Below are positions 8,628 through 18,623 of a DNA stretch of 64,000 nucleotides, piece by piece (within the stretch, counting starts at the first letter, position 1; each line of letters begins with the position of its first letter). This DNA is from an uncultured bacterium (GTDB taxonomy: Bacteria > Fidelibacterota > Marinisomatia > Marinisomatales > J089), in contig CAZHTM010000003.1 of assembly GCA_964535735.1 (NCBI GenBank), positions 2,092 through 66,091 on the forward strand, read 5' to 3'. The translations under genes and the position numbers were made by a program. Under the pieces are notes generated by a model that was not told the origin of the DNA, ran no database searches, and saw only the letters and a list, made by a program, of their open reading frames with translations.

Positions 8628-10163
8628 ATGTACAATTCAAAACAACACTTTTTAGATCGGGTGGGAACTCATATTGATGCGCTTGTATCGGCCAGAAATG
8701 CATTATTAGACGGATCACAAGATGCGGCTGACTCGATTCGTCGTATTGCCCGCACTTTAAAAGGTTCTGGCAGAACGTTTGGTTTTTCGTCTGTCTCCGA
8801 AATGGCGGGGATTGTTGAATCCGCTTCTGACGATCAACTCCTGGACTCCCTGGCTACGTTATTGGATCACCTGATTACCTTACGAAGTCAATCAACAACC
8901 GATACATCTGTGTTGTTGATTGTGGAAGATTCCGAAAAGGACCAACAAATATTGAGAGCCATTTTCCCGGAAGGTGATTTCCAGGTATTTTTGGCTGCTA
9001 CTGCCGCCGAGGCCTGGGAAATACTCTCTCAACATGCTGTTCATTTGATCATCCTGGATTTGATTCTACCGGATTCCGATGGACGGAACCTACTGGTGGA
9101 TTTCCGGGAATCTCCCCACACCGTCCATACGCCCGTCATTATCCTCAGCGCAAAAGATAACCCCCAGATCAAAACGGAATGTTTTGCCCTGGGAGCCAAT
9201 GAATATTTTGTTAAACCCGTCGATCCTGACATATTGTCCTCGGCTGTCATCGCTAAACTTGACCAGGCTCATAAAATTAAAAATGAACTCCGAATGGATA
9301 CCTTGACAGAATTGCCTAATCGCGCTGCTTTCCATGAAGAGTTCCTACGGTACAAAGCCCAGGCACATCGACATGAATATCCCCTGTCTTTAGCCATGTT
9401 GGACCTGGACTATTTCAAAAAGGTGAACGACACTTATGGCCATTTAATTGGTGATAAAGTCCTGCAATATTTTAGCCGTAACCTGTCCCAGAATTTGCGG
9501 AAATCGGATTTTGTTTCCCGTTGGGGTGGCGAAGAATTTGTAGCTCTCTTTCCCAATTCAACACCCAATGGCACCCGGGGCGCTTTAGAAAAAATCGCCA
9601 AACGGCTTCAGGATAAACCCATGCGGCATCCCTCAGATGATTCAATCACCATTCCTATTTTATTTTCCGCCGGAGTTACCGAGGTCACCGAAACGAAATC
9701 CATTAATGATGCCATCAGCGATGCGGATGAACTTCTCTATCATGCCAAAGATTCCGGCCGGAATAAAATCGTAACTCAAATCAGGGATGTTGAAACCAAA
9801 ATTCACCGAATTCTGATTGCCGAAGATGATGATTTAACGGCCAGTTTTATCGCTCGCCGGCTCAATAAATCGGGCTATGATATCACGCTCCTTTCTTCCG
9901 GATCGGAAGCCCTAAAAGCCGCCGAAGAAACCGAATTTGATTTGATTATTCTAGACGTGAAAATGCCAGAAATGGACGGATTTGAAGTTCTGAGAAATTT
10001 ACGGAAAACGCTATTGAACGGATCGGCACCTATTATTATGTTAACATCCATGGGCCGGGAGAAGGATATCGTAAAGGGCTTGGACTTGGGGGCTAACGAT
10101 TATATGCTCAAACCGTTTTCAGCCACAGAATTACTGGCACGCATCCATCGGCTATTGAAATAA
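8628..10163 (+). CDS. diguanylate cyclase with degenerate Hpt-like N-terminus and two receiver domains (Hpt*-REC-GGDEF-REC)
   Basis: ATG at 8628. Hpt-like IARTLKGSGRTFGF, with Arg where the phospho-His normally sits. REC1: LIVEDSE, IILDLILPDSDG, KP. GGDEF: active-site GGEEF with an RKSD I-site 5 residues upstream. REC2: IAEDDD, ILDVKMPEMDG, LKP. Confidence 0.85.
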   Translation: MYNSKQHFLDRVGTHIDALVSARNALLDGSQDAADSIRRIARTLKGSGRTFGFSSVSEMAGIVESASDDQLLDSLATLLDHLITLRSQSTTDTSVLLIVEDSEKDQQILRAIFPEGDFQVFLAATAAEAWEILSQHAVHLIILDLILPDSDGRNLLVDFRESPHTVHTPVIILSAKDNPQIKTECFALGANEYFVKPVDPDILSSAVIAKLDQAHKIKNELRMDTLTELPNRAAFHEEFLRYKAQAHRHEYPLSLAMLDLDYFKKVNDTYGHLIGDKVLQYFSRNLSQNLRKSDFVSRWGGEEFVALFPNSTPNGTRGALEKIAKRLQDKPMRHPSDDSITIPILFSAGVTEVTETKSINDAISDADELLYHAKDSGRNKIVTQIRDVETKIHRILIAEDDDLTASFIARRLNKSGYDITLLSSGSEALKAAEETEFDLIILDVKMPEMDGFEVLRNLRKTLLNGSAPIIMLTSMGREKDIVKGLDLGANDYMLKPFSATELLARIHRLLK

Positions 10164-10416
10164 AAACTGTTTTGGCCTTAATAACGACGAAGATATTCAC
10201 CTTATCCTGAACGCTGTTCTAAATCAATCTGAATCCTACGCCACTACCCTGTGGTTATTGAAAGAATCAGGAATCTATAAATATTCGGGAATCGTCCACA
10301 CGTTGGCGGATTCCGATGAATTCCATTTCCAAATCAATTCATTTGACGTATGATCAATCGTTGGATTTGGGATTAGCTTCCGTTTATTTTCCCACTTATT
10401 TTTAGAAAGAATTGTG

Positions 10417-11232
10417 ATGAATGAAAAAACATTAAACTCTCCCTGGCGAAAAATGACCATCGCCCTGTATGCCCCACCCAATGAGGGCAAAATTTATGGA
10501 ACGATGGACATTGATATCACACCTGCCCAGGAATTCGTTCAAAAATCGCGGTCGGAAGGAAAACGCATTACTCTGACACACGTGGTAACCGCCGCCCTGG
10601 GACGGATTCTGCGATACGATTTACCGGAAGTGAATGTGTATATCAAACGGGGACGCTTTGTAGAGCGGAATGATGTTACCGTGATGATTGCGGTAAATAT
10701 GAAGGGTGGTCAGGAAATGGGGAGTATCCGTGTTCATAACGCAGATCAAAAAACCGTGTTTGACATCGCGGAGGAAGTCCGTTCAAAAGCGGCTGCGACC
10801 CGAACCGGAGACGAAAACGCAACCATGCAAAATAAATATGTTTTAGGTTCGATTCCCTGGCCGTTTCGTCGCTTTACATTCCTGGTGGTTAAATGGATCA
10901 CCAACACCTTAGGATTTGAAATTCCTGCCCTGGGATTAACACATAATGCTTTTGGTTCTATCCTGCTATCAAATATTGGTTCCCACGGATTGACTACAGG
11001 GATGGCCGCCTTGTTTCCCGGAGCCAAACTCCCAGCCGTCATCATTATGGGAAAAGCGGAAGAGCGTCCCGTGGTCCGGGATGGGGAAATTGTCATTCGC
11101 ACCATTATGCCGTTTACCGCCACTGTCGACCATCGGATTATGGATGGTTACCACTCGGGGGTGTTAGCCAATCGGATGAAATACTATATGGCTCATCCCG
11201 AAATTCTGGCTCGTCCACCCGAACCTGAATAA
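10417..11232 (+). CDS. 2-oxoacid dehydrogenase E2-type acyltransferase, catalytic domain only
   Basis: Catalytic DHRIMDG motif near the C-terminus. About 270 aa, with no lipoyl or E1/E3-binding domain. Confidence 0.7.
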   Translation: MNEKTLNSPWRKMTIALYAPPNEGKIYGTMDIDITPAQEFVQKSRSEGKRITLTHVVTAALGRILRYDLPEVNVYIKRGRFVERNDVTVMIAVNMKGGQEMGSIRVHNADQKTVFDIAEEVRSKAAATRTGDENATMQNKYVLGSIPWPFRRFTFLVVKWITNTLGFEIPALGLTHNAFGSILLSNIGSHGLTTGMAALFPGAKLPAVIIMGKAEERPVVRDGEIVIRTIMPFTATVDHRIMDGYHSGVLANRMKYYMAHPEILARPPEPE

Positions 11233-11245
11233 GGTTCGGAATCGC

Positions 11246-12643
11246 TTAACGTTCCACCGACCGGGAAAACCGGATATATCCGATAGCCCGCCAGAATATG
11301 ACCAGAAGGAGCCAGTAGCCCAGCAGGATTCCCAGGGTCACCCAATATCCTTTCAACGATCCGCCATAATACACAAAAGGCACATTCAGGGTTATCAGGA
11401 GGGGAAATCCCAGAAAGAGTGAAATGCCACTTCCATACACCGCATCTTCCGCCACTGGCGTTTTGAATTCCGGGTCCACCACCCGTAGAAGAACCAGCGC
11501 AGAATTAATGGTTCCGGTCATTTCGCCGAATAGTTCCACAAACCGTTCGAAGCGGAAATCGTCAAACGCGCGGTAGCACGCATAATACAACAGCCCCAGG
11601 GTCGCCGGTCCGGCAATTAAGGACATGATTGTAATGGGAATCCAGTATTGCACGACCACGGTGAGACTGATACCGGCGATTGCACCGACGACCAGATAAT
11701 CGAGAAAGAGTCCCATGCCCCGGGTCATGAGTCCCTGATCAATCAAATAAGAGCGACCGGTCATGTCCAGTAATTTCCGAATGGTAATCGCCAAAAGCAG
11801 ACCCACTACAAAATGAAAAGACCAAAGGGTGGGGATAAAATCTGTCAACCCCTTATTGGTCATTAAGGTCGCAAGACTATTGACTACGAGATAGGTTAAG
11901 AGATAAACGAATCCAATCAGCGCCAAGTGGAAGGCCATGGGTTCCACCGCTTCGGTGGATTGGGGCATCCGTCCCGCAATGGGATTTTCGCCTTCCTTAT
12001 TGATCCCAATACGCATGTCCCGGCTCACATGATCGATACTTTCGATTAGAGCCGTCTGGCGCGTGCGGATTCCCCAATGGATAAGCACCATACCCACAAA
12101 AAAGGCATACATATAACCGATGGTGGCAAACGTAAGGCCTACTTGAGCGCCACCTTCAAATCCATATTTTTCCCAGGACCCGGCTAATGTAGCCGCCAGT
12201 CCCGGCCCCATTCCAAATCCCAGGGGAACCACCAAGCCAATCCCTACAAATAAATCCGGCATGAACGTGTAAACCAAAATAAAGGCGACAATCAACCCGA
12301 TGGAGGCTTGTAACAGATAGGACGACAAAGCCGCCAGACTTTTACTCAAGGGACCTCGACCCCATTTGGTTTTTTCCTGACGTAAGCCCAGGGCAATAAA
12401 CGTGAGCGCCAGAAAATGGTAAACGTAGAGTATGAGACGGTCAGCCTGTAGATCAATGAGGCCAAATCCCTGGCTACCGGCAAAAAGAGCAATAAAGCCG
12501 CCGATAAAATTATTCGGAACCAGATAGGATTGAAAAAAGCCGATATACCGGCGTAAAAAAGTGCCCATCAGAATGAAACTGCTCAGGTAGAGCAGATCCA
12601 TGACCACTGTTTCTAGATTTGCATTTAGTTCCCAGGGATTCAT
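11246..12643 (-). CDS. polytopic membrane transporter, sodium/glutamate symporter-like (GltS/ESS family)
   Basis: At least 10 hydrophobic segments. The N-terminal pattern LMGTFLRRYIGFFQSYLVPNNFIGGFIAL resembles GltS. Start moved to the ATG at 12643. Confidence 0.5.
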   Translation of the reverse strand: MNPWELNANLETVVMDLLYLSSFILMGTFLRRYIGFFQSYLVPNNFIGGFIALFAGSQGFGLIDLQADRLILYVYHFLALTFIALGLRQEKTKWGRGPLSKSLAALSSYLLQASIGLIVAFILVYTFMPDLFVGIGLVVPLGFGMGPGLAATLAGSWEKYGFEGGAQVGLTFATIGYMYAFFVGMVLIHWGIRTRQTALIESIDHVSRDMRIGINKEGENPIAGRMPQSTEAVEPMAFHLALIGFVYLLTYLVVNSLATLMTNKGLTDFIPTLWSFHFVVGLLLAITIRKLLDMTGRSYLIDQGLMTRGMGLFLDYLVVGAIAGISLTVVVQYWIPITIMSLIAGPATLGLLYYACYRAFDDFRFERFVELFGEMTGTINSALVLLRVVDPEFKTPVAEDAVYGSGISLFLGFPLLITLNVPFVYYGGSLKGYWVTLGILLGYWLLLVIFWRAIGYIRFSRSVER

Positions 12644-12784
12644 TGTACTTCCTCGTCTTTGTCCACAGGAATATAGGCTTTTCAACCTGATCAGGGAATG
12701 GAAAATTCATCTTCAAATAATCCTCAGAGCGTCCTAAACTGTTTCTTCTTATATGAGAGATTCAATAACACATTGGAGGGATTC

Positions 12785-15187
12785 ATGTCTGGTTTAAAAA
12801 AAGGTTTGCTCATTGCCGCGGTCCTGGTATTTGTCCTGCTCGTTTTCGGATTTTTATTCATTAATCGGATCGCCACACGAGGTCTGCCTGATTATACCGG
12901 TGAAATACAATTATCCAATCTGACAGCTCCGGTTACCGTGCAACGGGATCAATATGGCATTCCCCATATCTTCGCCAAAAACGAACTGGATTTATACCGG
13001 GCCACCGGATTTTGCATGGCGCAGGATCGTCTTTGGCAAATGGACTTAATCCGCCGGGCTACTCAGGGACGATTATCTGAAATTTTTGGTAAAGACCTGG
13101 TGAATACGGATTTACTATTGCGGGCGCTCCAAATTCCCCAAAAATCCGAGTGGGTATGGTCAAAATCTGATCCGGTAATAAAAGCCAATTTGGAAGCCTT
13201 TGCTGACGGAGTAAACCAGTATATTCAGTCCCAGGGGAAGGATCTCCCTCCGGAATATTTAATCCTGGACTACACTCCGGACCCCTGGAAGCCTCAGCAA
13301 TGCATTAATTTAATTAGTTATATGGCCTGGGATTTAACCTTGCCCTGGAATGTGGAAGCGGCTTTACACAAAATCGCCACCAAGATTGGCCCCGAAATGA
13401 CGGCAGAACTTTTCCCGGATTTGGCCCATCAAACTTCAGTGGTCTATGAAGATTTCACCGATGCTTCCTCGGAACTGGAAGCGCGGGACCTACTCCTTTC
13501 CGCCGCAGAACCTCTCCGGGATCTGGGTATTGGCATTTTAGACGGGAGTAATAATTGGGTGGTAAGCGGCAAAAAGAGCACCACGGGAAAACCCATCTTC
13601 GCCAATGATATGCATCTGGGAATATTCATTCCGGGAATCTGGTACCAGATATATCAATCGGTGGAAGGCCAGTATACCGTCACCGGTTTGGCTTTACCCG
13701 GTCAACCGTTTGTCGTCGCAGGTCATAACGATCATATTGCCTGGGGTATGACCAATGTGATGGTGGATGATATGGATTTCTTCAAAGAGAAGATCAACCC
13801 TGAGAACCCAAACCAGTACGAATATCTCGGCGTCTGGAAGGACATGGATATTCGTAAAGAAGCGATTCATACTAAAGAAGGGGAGGTCGTTGAGAAAACG
13901 CTTCGCTTTACCCACCACGGTCCCATCATTTCCGATTTTAAGAACATCCGCAATGAAACCCTTACCATGATGTGGACCGGAAATTTATTCAGCAACGAAG
14001 TACGGTCTGTCTACTTGTTGAATAAAGCCAAAAACTGGGAAGAGTTCAAAAACGCGGTTTCTACGTTTAATTCCGTAAGCCAAAACATCGCCTATGCGGA
14101 TGTGGACGGGAATATCGGTATTTATTGTTGTGCTGGCGTTCCGGTACGGAAAAAAGGCGACGGATCACGGATCGTCCCCGGCTGGACCGATGAATATGAA
14201 TGGAACGGCATTGTTCCTTTTGAAGATTTACCCCATAGTTATAATCCTGAAAAAGGGTATGTGTCTTCCGCCAATAATCGCTCGGTCTCACCTGAAGCCC
14301 ACACACAAATTCCCCAATACCCGGCTCCCAATTACCGGATTGACCGCATCCGGGAAATGCTGGAAGCCAAAGAAAAATTGTCCATTGACGACATTAAGGC
14401 CATGCATCGGGATCATCAGTCCATCTTGGCCCGGGATTTTGTTCCCAACTTCCTGACGATCCTCTCCGATCAGACTACCCTGTCGGCCCAGGAAAAGAAG
14501 GCTTTGGACCAGATCCGGAACTGGGATTTCACCTATGAACCGGATCTGGCTGCACCCACCGTGTTTGAGCAAACTTATCTGGAACTGATGCATAACATCT
14601 ACTGGGACGAGTTGGGTGATACGCTTTACGCCGATTACATTAAAACCGGGTACATTCCCCGGTTCGGACTGGACTATCTCCGGCGACATCCGGAATCCAA
14701 ATGGATTGACGATCGTAACACAAAAGAAGTAGAGTCGTGGAATGATATGGTTGTTAAGTCGTTTCGTTCTGCGGTGAACCGCCTGGCGGAGCAATATGGA
14801 CCGGATCCCAAAAAATGGACATGGGGAAGCGTACATCAATTGGTGCTCAATCACCCCATGGGTAAGGTTGCCGCTCTGAATACGGTGTTTAAACTCAATC
14901 GTGGCCCTTATCCCGTCGGGGGAGCATCCCATACCGTGTCCCCATACCGCTATTCCTATACTGCGCCCTTCATTTCAGATTATGGATCGTCACACCGTCA
15001 TATCTACTCCACTGCAAATTGGGACGATTCCCAAACCATCATTCCTACGGGTGAATCGGGAATTCCTTCCTCTCCCCACTATTGTGATCAAACAGAATTG
15101 TATGTGAATTATATTTATCACGATGATCCATTTTCTAAATCAGCCGTGGATGGGGTGACCCGGTACACTCAGGTGTTAACGCCATAA
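12785..15187 (+). CDS. penicillin/acyl-homoserine-lactone acylase family Ntn-hydrolase, membrane anchored
   Basis: ATG at 12785 preceded by GGAGGG. N-terminal TM anchor. Autoprocessing/nucleophile site DGSNNWVVSGKKSTTGKP followed by ANDMHL. Confidence 0.85.
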   Translation: MSGLKKGLLIAAVLVFVLLVFGFLFINRIATRGLPDYTGEIQLSNLTAPVTVQRDQYGIPHIFAKNELDLYRATGFCMAQDRLWQMDLIRRATQGRLSEIFGKDLVNTDLLLRALQIPQKSEWVWSKSDPVIKANLEAFADGVNQYIQSQGKDLPPEYLILDYTPDPWKPQQCINLISYMAWDLTLPWNVEAALHKIATKIGPEMTAELFPDLAHQTSVVYEDFTDASSELEARDLLLSAAEPLRDLGIGILDGSNNWVVSGKKSTTGKPIFANDMHLGIFIPGIWYQIYQSVEGQYTVTGLALPGQPFVVAGHNDHIAWGMTNVMVDDMDFFKEKINPENPNQYEYLGVWKDMDIRKEAIHTKEGEVVEKTLRFTHHGPIISDFKNIRNETLTMMWTGNLFSNEVRSVYLLNKAKNWEEFKNAVSTFNSVSQNIAYADVDGNIGIYCCAGVPVRKKGDGSRIVPGWTDEYEWNGIVPFEDLPHSYNPEKGYVSSANNRSVSPEAHTQIPQYPAPNYRIDRIREMLEAKEKLSIDDIKAMHRDHQSILARDFVPNFLTILSDQTTLSAQEKKALDQIRNWDFTYEPDLAAPTVFEQTYLELMHNIYWDELGDTLYADYIKTGYIPRFGLDYLRRHPESKWIDDRNTKEVESWNDMVVKSFRSAVNRLAEQYGPDPKKWTWGSVHQLVLNHPMGKVAALNTVFKLNRGPYPVGGASHTVSPYRYSYTAPFISDYGSSHRHIYSTANWDDSQTIIPTGESGIPSSPHYCDQTELYVNYIYHDDPFSKSAVDGVTRYTQVLTP

Positions 15188-15210
15188 AACCAAGTCACTA
15201 TATTTGAAGA

Positions 15211-15244
15211 AAAAGGGCTGGTTTCCTGAGAAGCCAGCCCTTTT
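15211..15244. terminator. bidirectional rho-independent terminator between convergent genes
   Basis: aaaagggctgg ... ccagccctttt: GC stem flanked by A4 on one side and T4 on the other. Confidence 0.65.
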
Positions 15245-15267
15245 ATACATTTATACGAAGTTGAAGA

Positions 15268-18200
15268 TTACTTCAAGAGCATCATTTTCCGAGTGAATCC
15301 ATAGGTCCCCGATTCCATCCGTACCAGATACATTCCACTGGGGAATTCTCGCGCATCCCACTGAATCGTGTAGCGGCCCGCCGGGCGATAATCATCCACC
15401 AGGGTCACCACAACTTCACCCAGAAGGTTATGAACCGTGACCTTAACCTGATTTGCTTCAGGCAAATCAAAACTCAAGGTCGTGACTGGGTTAAACGGAT
15501 TGGGATAATTCTGGGACAAGGCGTAAGAATCCGGAACATTTAGCGTCGGATCGGTGGACAGAACCGTGGCGTCGGCTTCGTTGGACGGAGCGCTTTCGTT
15601 TCCGTTGAAATCAACCGCTGTTACCACATAGTAATAGATTTGTCCAGGCTCCAACGCCTGATCCACAAACGAGGTGTCCACGGTATATCCGTAGGGTTCG
15701 TCACTGGGTAGTACGCCCGGAGCCGTTCCCCTATAAATCGTGTAGTAATCGAAATCCTCATCCTCAATACTTTCCCAGTTCAGCATAACCAACGTGCCTG
15801 GATCAGAATAGTAAGAGGCCGTCAAGTTTTGGGGAACCGAAGGAATGAGATTATCTACGGAATACCCTGATTCAGGTTCGGAGTCGAAGAACAGGTCTGG
15901 AACCATAGTATGAGCCGTCACCACAAAGGTAGTCCAATACTCTCCCGTGCTGCTGGTCGTGGCATTAGAATCCACCAACGTGGGTGCTACAAAGGAATAG
16001 ACATCCATACCATGGTATGGAACAGTGGTGATGAAATCCCATACGGGTCCTGAATCGTTCTCGGTCATGCGCCAGATACTGAATTGCTGCCAGGTTCCGA
16101 ACCAAGCGGGATTTCCCGGTTCCCAAGTGACACGCACTTGTCGACCCTGATCGTTCGGTACATCGGTGATGGACAGGATTTCTGGCGGAGTCACCTCAAA
16201 ATGGTCCAGGTAGATATCCAGCCACAATGTGTCACCGATAGCCAAGTACACGTCATCTTCGGAAGGTTCATATTCTGGCGCCATGGTAAATACATGGAAG
16301 GAATCGGCAGGCACTTCCAAGTAAAATTCGCCATTTTCATCGGTAAAGGTCATGAATTGATAGGTTTCGTTTGCCACGATCACATTCGCCCCCCAGATCG
16401 GGAATTCTTCTTCCGCATCCCGGACAACGCCTTCCAAAACGGCCTGAGGTTCAAAGGAAACGAGGTAGAAATTCAGGGTTGTATCCGGATGGAATTCATT
16501 CAATTCCAGGTCAAAGGCGAAGTCAGCTCCATATCCCTCCTTCCAGGCTTGGGCTGCATAGTGGCCGTAAGGAACTGGTATACTGTAATGGCCATCCATA
16601 TCGGTATAGGTCATATCCCAGTACATGTCTCCGAATACCATTACCTGAGCCTCCATAACCGGCATTCCGCTGGTCTCATCCAAAACAAAACCAGAGATAA
16701 GTCCGTCAAATGATAAAGGATTCAAGTAGATATCCAAAGTGGCTACATTATCTTGTATTACAATGAGAGTATCCAATTGGATATTTTCGTATCCATCACC
16801 ACCGGCTTCGACAAAATAGGCACCGTTGGGCAGAGGGAGGTAATAATATCCCTGTTGATCGGTACCCCATCCGAAGTCAACAAAGTCATTGTAAACATGT
16901 ACCCAACCGTGAGAGACCGGTATATTAGTCGTGGCATCATAAACAATACCTTCTAAACCACCCAGCATTTGCTGCACTACAAAATCAGCGTGCATTTCAC
17001 CAGAAAGAACATTTTCCGGATTTTCTATGACCAGAAAATCATGAGGGATAAAATCCCAAATCCAGAGCCAATATCCTCCTATTGGATCAGCGGCAGAACT
17101 CACATTCAAGGTATACCAACCGGCCGAGTCGGTTCTGGCTTGGGTCCAGCCCAACTCACTCCAAGCGCCGATATTTATTCCGGGCCATGGTCCATCGTTC
17201 AAGGTTACATGTCCCGAAATTTGCGCGTCGGTCACATAGGCAGTTAATTCCACAAAAACCGAATCATAGTCATCCAAATATTCCCATACTTCATTGGGGA
17301 CTAAATAATCCGGTAGTAAACCAAATTGATCGGCTTCGATCCGCCATTCTCCAGGAGGGACAGGAATATGGAAATAACCATTGGCATCGGTAATACCTTC
17401 AAAACCGGGTTCATAATTTCCATCGATCCAAATATTAACGTCGGGAATGGGTGCCATAGACTCATCTCGAAGCACACCGGCAATCACTGAATGGGGTTCG
17501 CTGAAAGTGAAATCGTATCCGGTCTCATGCCCCTGGACATCAATGTCAAAATAGATGGTGTCCGGGATTAGTCCACCGGTGACACCCAGAAAATCAAAAG
17601 CGGCCACAACAAATAGCCCTGTATCCGGAAGGAAAATATGATATGCTCCCGTGGTATCGGTGCTGGCTCCCCAGACTAAAGGATCAGACAGGGTGTCTGT
17701 ATCCAGAGAATCCCAGGGAAAGGCCATAACCAAAATATGAGATAACTCGGGACTTACCGTACCGGAAATTGAGTAATCGCTCACGATCGGTTCAATATGG
17801 ACGCTGGCAATGTCATATCCCCCTGCCCATCCCATAACTTCCATGAGGAACGTGATATTCGAAAACCGTTGAGGGCTTTCCTCATCCTCATCTGAAATGG
17901 TCCATTGATATACTCCAACCTGAGGGTCTTCGTCTTCCGGACCATTATCCATGATATGCCCGGGATTATCAACGTTCCAATCCTCTTCGGGTTCAAGGGT
18001 CCCATTATCGTTCATGTCCACCCAGACCTGAAGATCGGCCTCTGAACTTCCATCGGGAAATGTGATACGAATCTGCATAGAGTCCCCTACGGTTATCGTA
18101 TCGGCCTCGACGCCATTGATTGTGATACTCAGAGAATCTGTCAATGGATTATAAAGTTGTTGACTTACCTGTAAAAGTTCATCATGTCGAAATGATTTAT

Positions 18201-18522
18201 TAGAAAATAATGTCTTATCAATAGAACGCCATATTTTATGCGCCGGTAACTTTTTCGGCTCATGCTTAGAGGCATGTTTTAACTGGTACAACGATTCCAT
18301 TCTATCCCGGTTGATATATTTTACATTTTCTGGCGGGGATATACGATTTTTACGAATTTGAATGACTTGTTCAATATCAGATTGCGATAATCCTGGTGAG
18401 TCAGTCTGAGATGTTGTCACTTGGTTTTGATTCGCTGAAAAGGCAATGGTTAAGCCCAGAGATAACAAAACCGTGGTAACCCATTTCCCAGAATTCTTAG
18501 TGATGAGATTTGTAAAGTTCAT
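15268..18522 (-). CDS. large secreted repeat protein with T9SS C-terminal sorting domain
   Basis: Start at the ATG at 18522, with AGGAG upstream. Signal peptide. Several carboxypeptidase-regulatory-like repeats (SGxV..D....P...A.V.....TD..G.Y pattern). An FN3-like segment. C-terminal YALSQNYPNPFNP...MYLVRM...KMMLLK Por/T9SS tail. Confidence 0.8.
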   Translation of the reverse strand: MNFTNLITKNSGKWVTTVLLSLGLTIAFSANQNQVTTSQTDSPGLSQSDIEQVIQIRKNRISPPENVKYINRDRMESLYQLKHASKHEPKKLPAHKIWRSIDKTLFSNKSFRHDELLQVSQQLYNPLTDSLSITINGVEADTITVGDSMQIRITFPDGSSEADLQVWVDMNDNGTLEPEEDWNVDNPGHIMDNGPEDEDPQVGVYQWTISDEDEESPQRFSNITFLMEVMGWAGGYDIASVHIEPIVSDYSISGTVSPELSHILVMAFPWDSLDTDTLSDPLVWGASTDTTGAYHIFLPDTGLFVVAAFDFLGVTGGLIPDTIYFDIDVQGHETGYDFTFSEPHSVIAGVLRDESMAPIPDVNIWIDGNYEPGFEGITDANGYFHIPVPPGEWRIEADQFGLLPDYLVPNEVWEYLDDYDSVFVELTAYVTDAQISGHVTLNDGPWPGINIGAWSELGWTQARTDSAGWYTLNVSSAADPIGGYWLWIWDFIPHDFLVIENPENVLSGEMHADFVVQQMLGGLEGIVYDATTNIPVSHGWVHVYNDFVDFGWGTDQQGYYYLPLPNGAYFVEAGGDGYENIQLDTLIVIQDNVATLDIYLNPLSFDGLISGFVLDETSGMPVMEAQVMVFGDMYWDMTYTDMDGHYSIPVPYGHYAAQAWKEGYGADFAFDLELNEFHPDTTLNFYLVSFEPQAVLEGVVRDAEEEFPIWGANVIVANETYQFMTFTDENGEFYLEVPADSFHVFTMAPEYEPSEDDVYLAIGDTLWLDIYLDHFEVTPPEILSITDVPNDQGRQVRVTWEPGNPAWFGTWQQFSIWRMTENDSGPVWDFITTVPYHGMDVYSFVAPTLVDSNATTSSTGEYWTTFVVTAHTMVPDLFFDSEPESGYSVDNLIPSVPQNLTASYYSDPGTLVMLNWESIEDEDFDYYTIYRGTAPGVLPSDEPYGYTVDTSFVDQALEPGQIYYYVVTAVDFNGNESAPSNEADATVLSTDPTLNVPDSYALSQNYPNPFNPVTTLSFDLPEANQVKVTVHNLLGEVVVTLVDDYRPAGRYTIQWDAREFPSGMYLVRMESGTYGFTRKMMLLK

Positions 18523-18623
18523 AACCACTCTCCTTTGGATTGTTGGCACGATATAGACAACGAAAAGTAGTAGATTAAACAAATCCGCCGTGTGATCCTG
18601 CTCACGGGTTGGATTATCGATGA

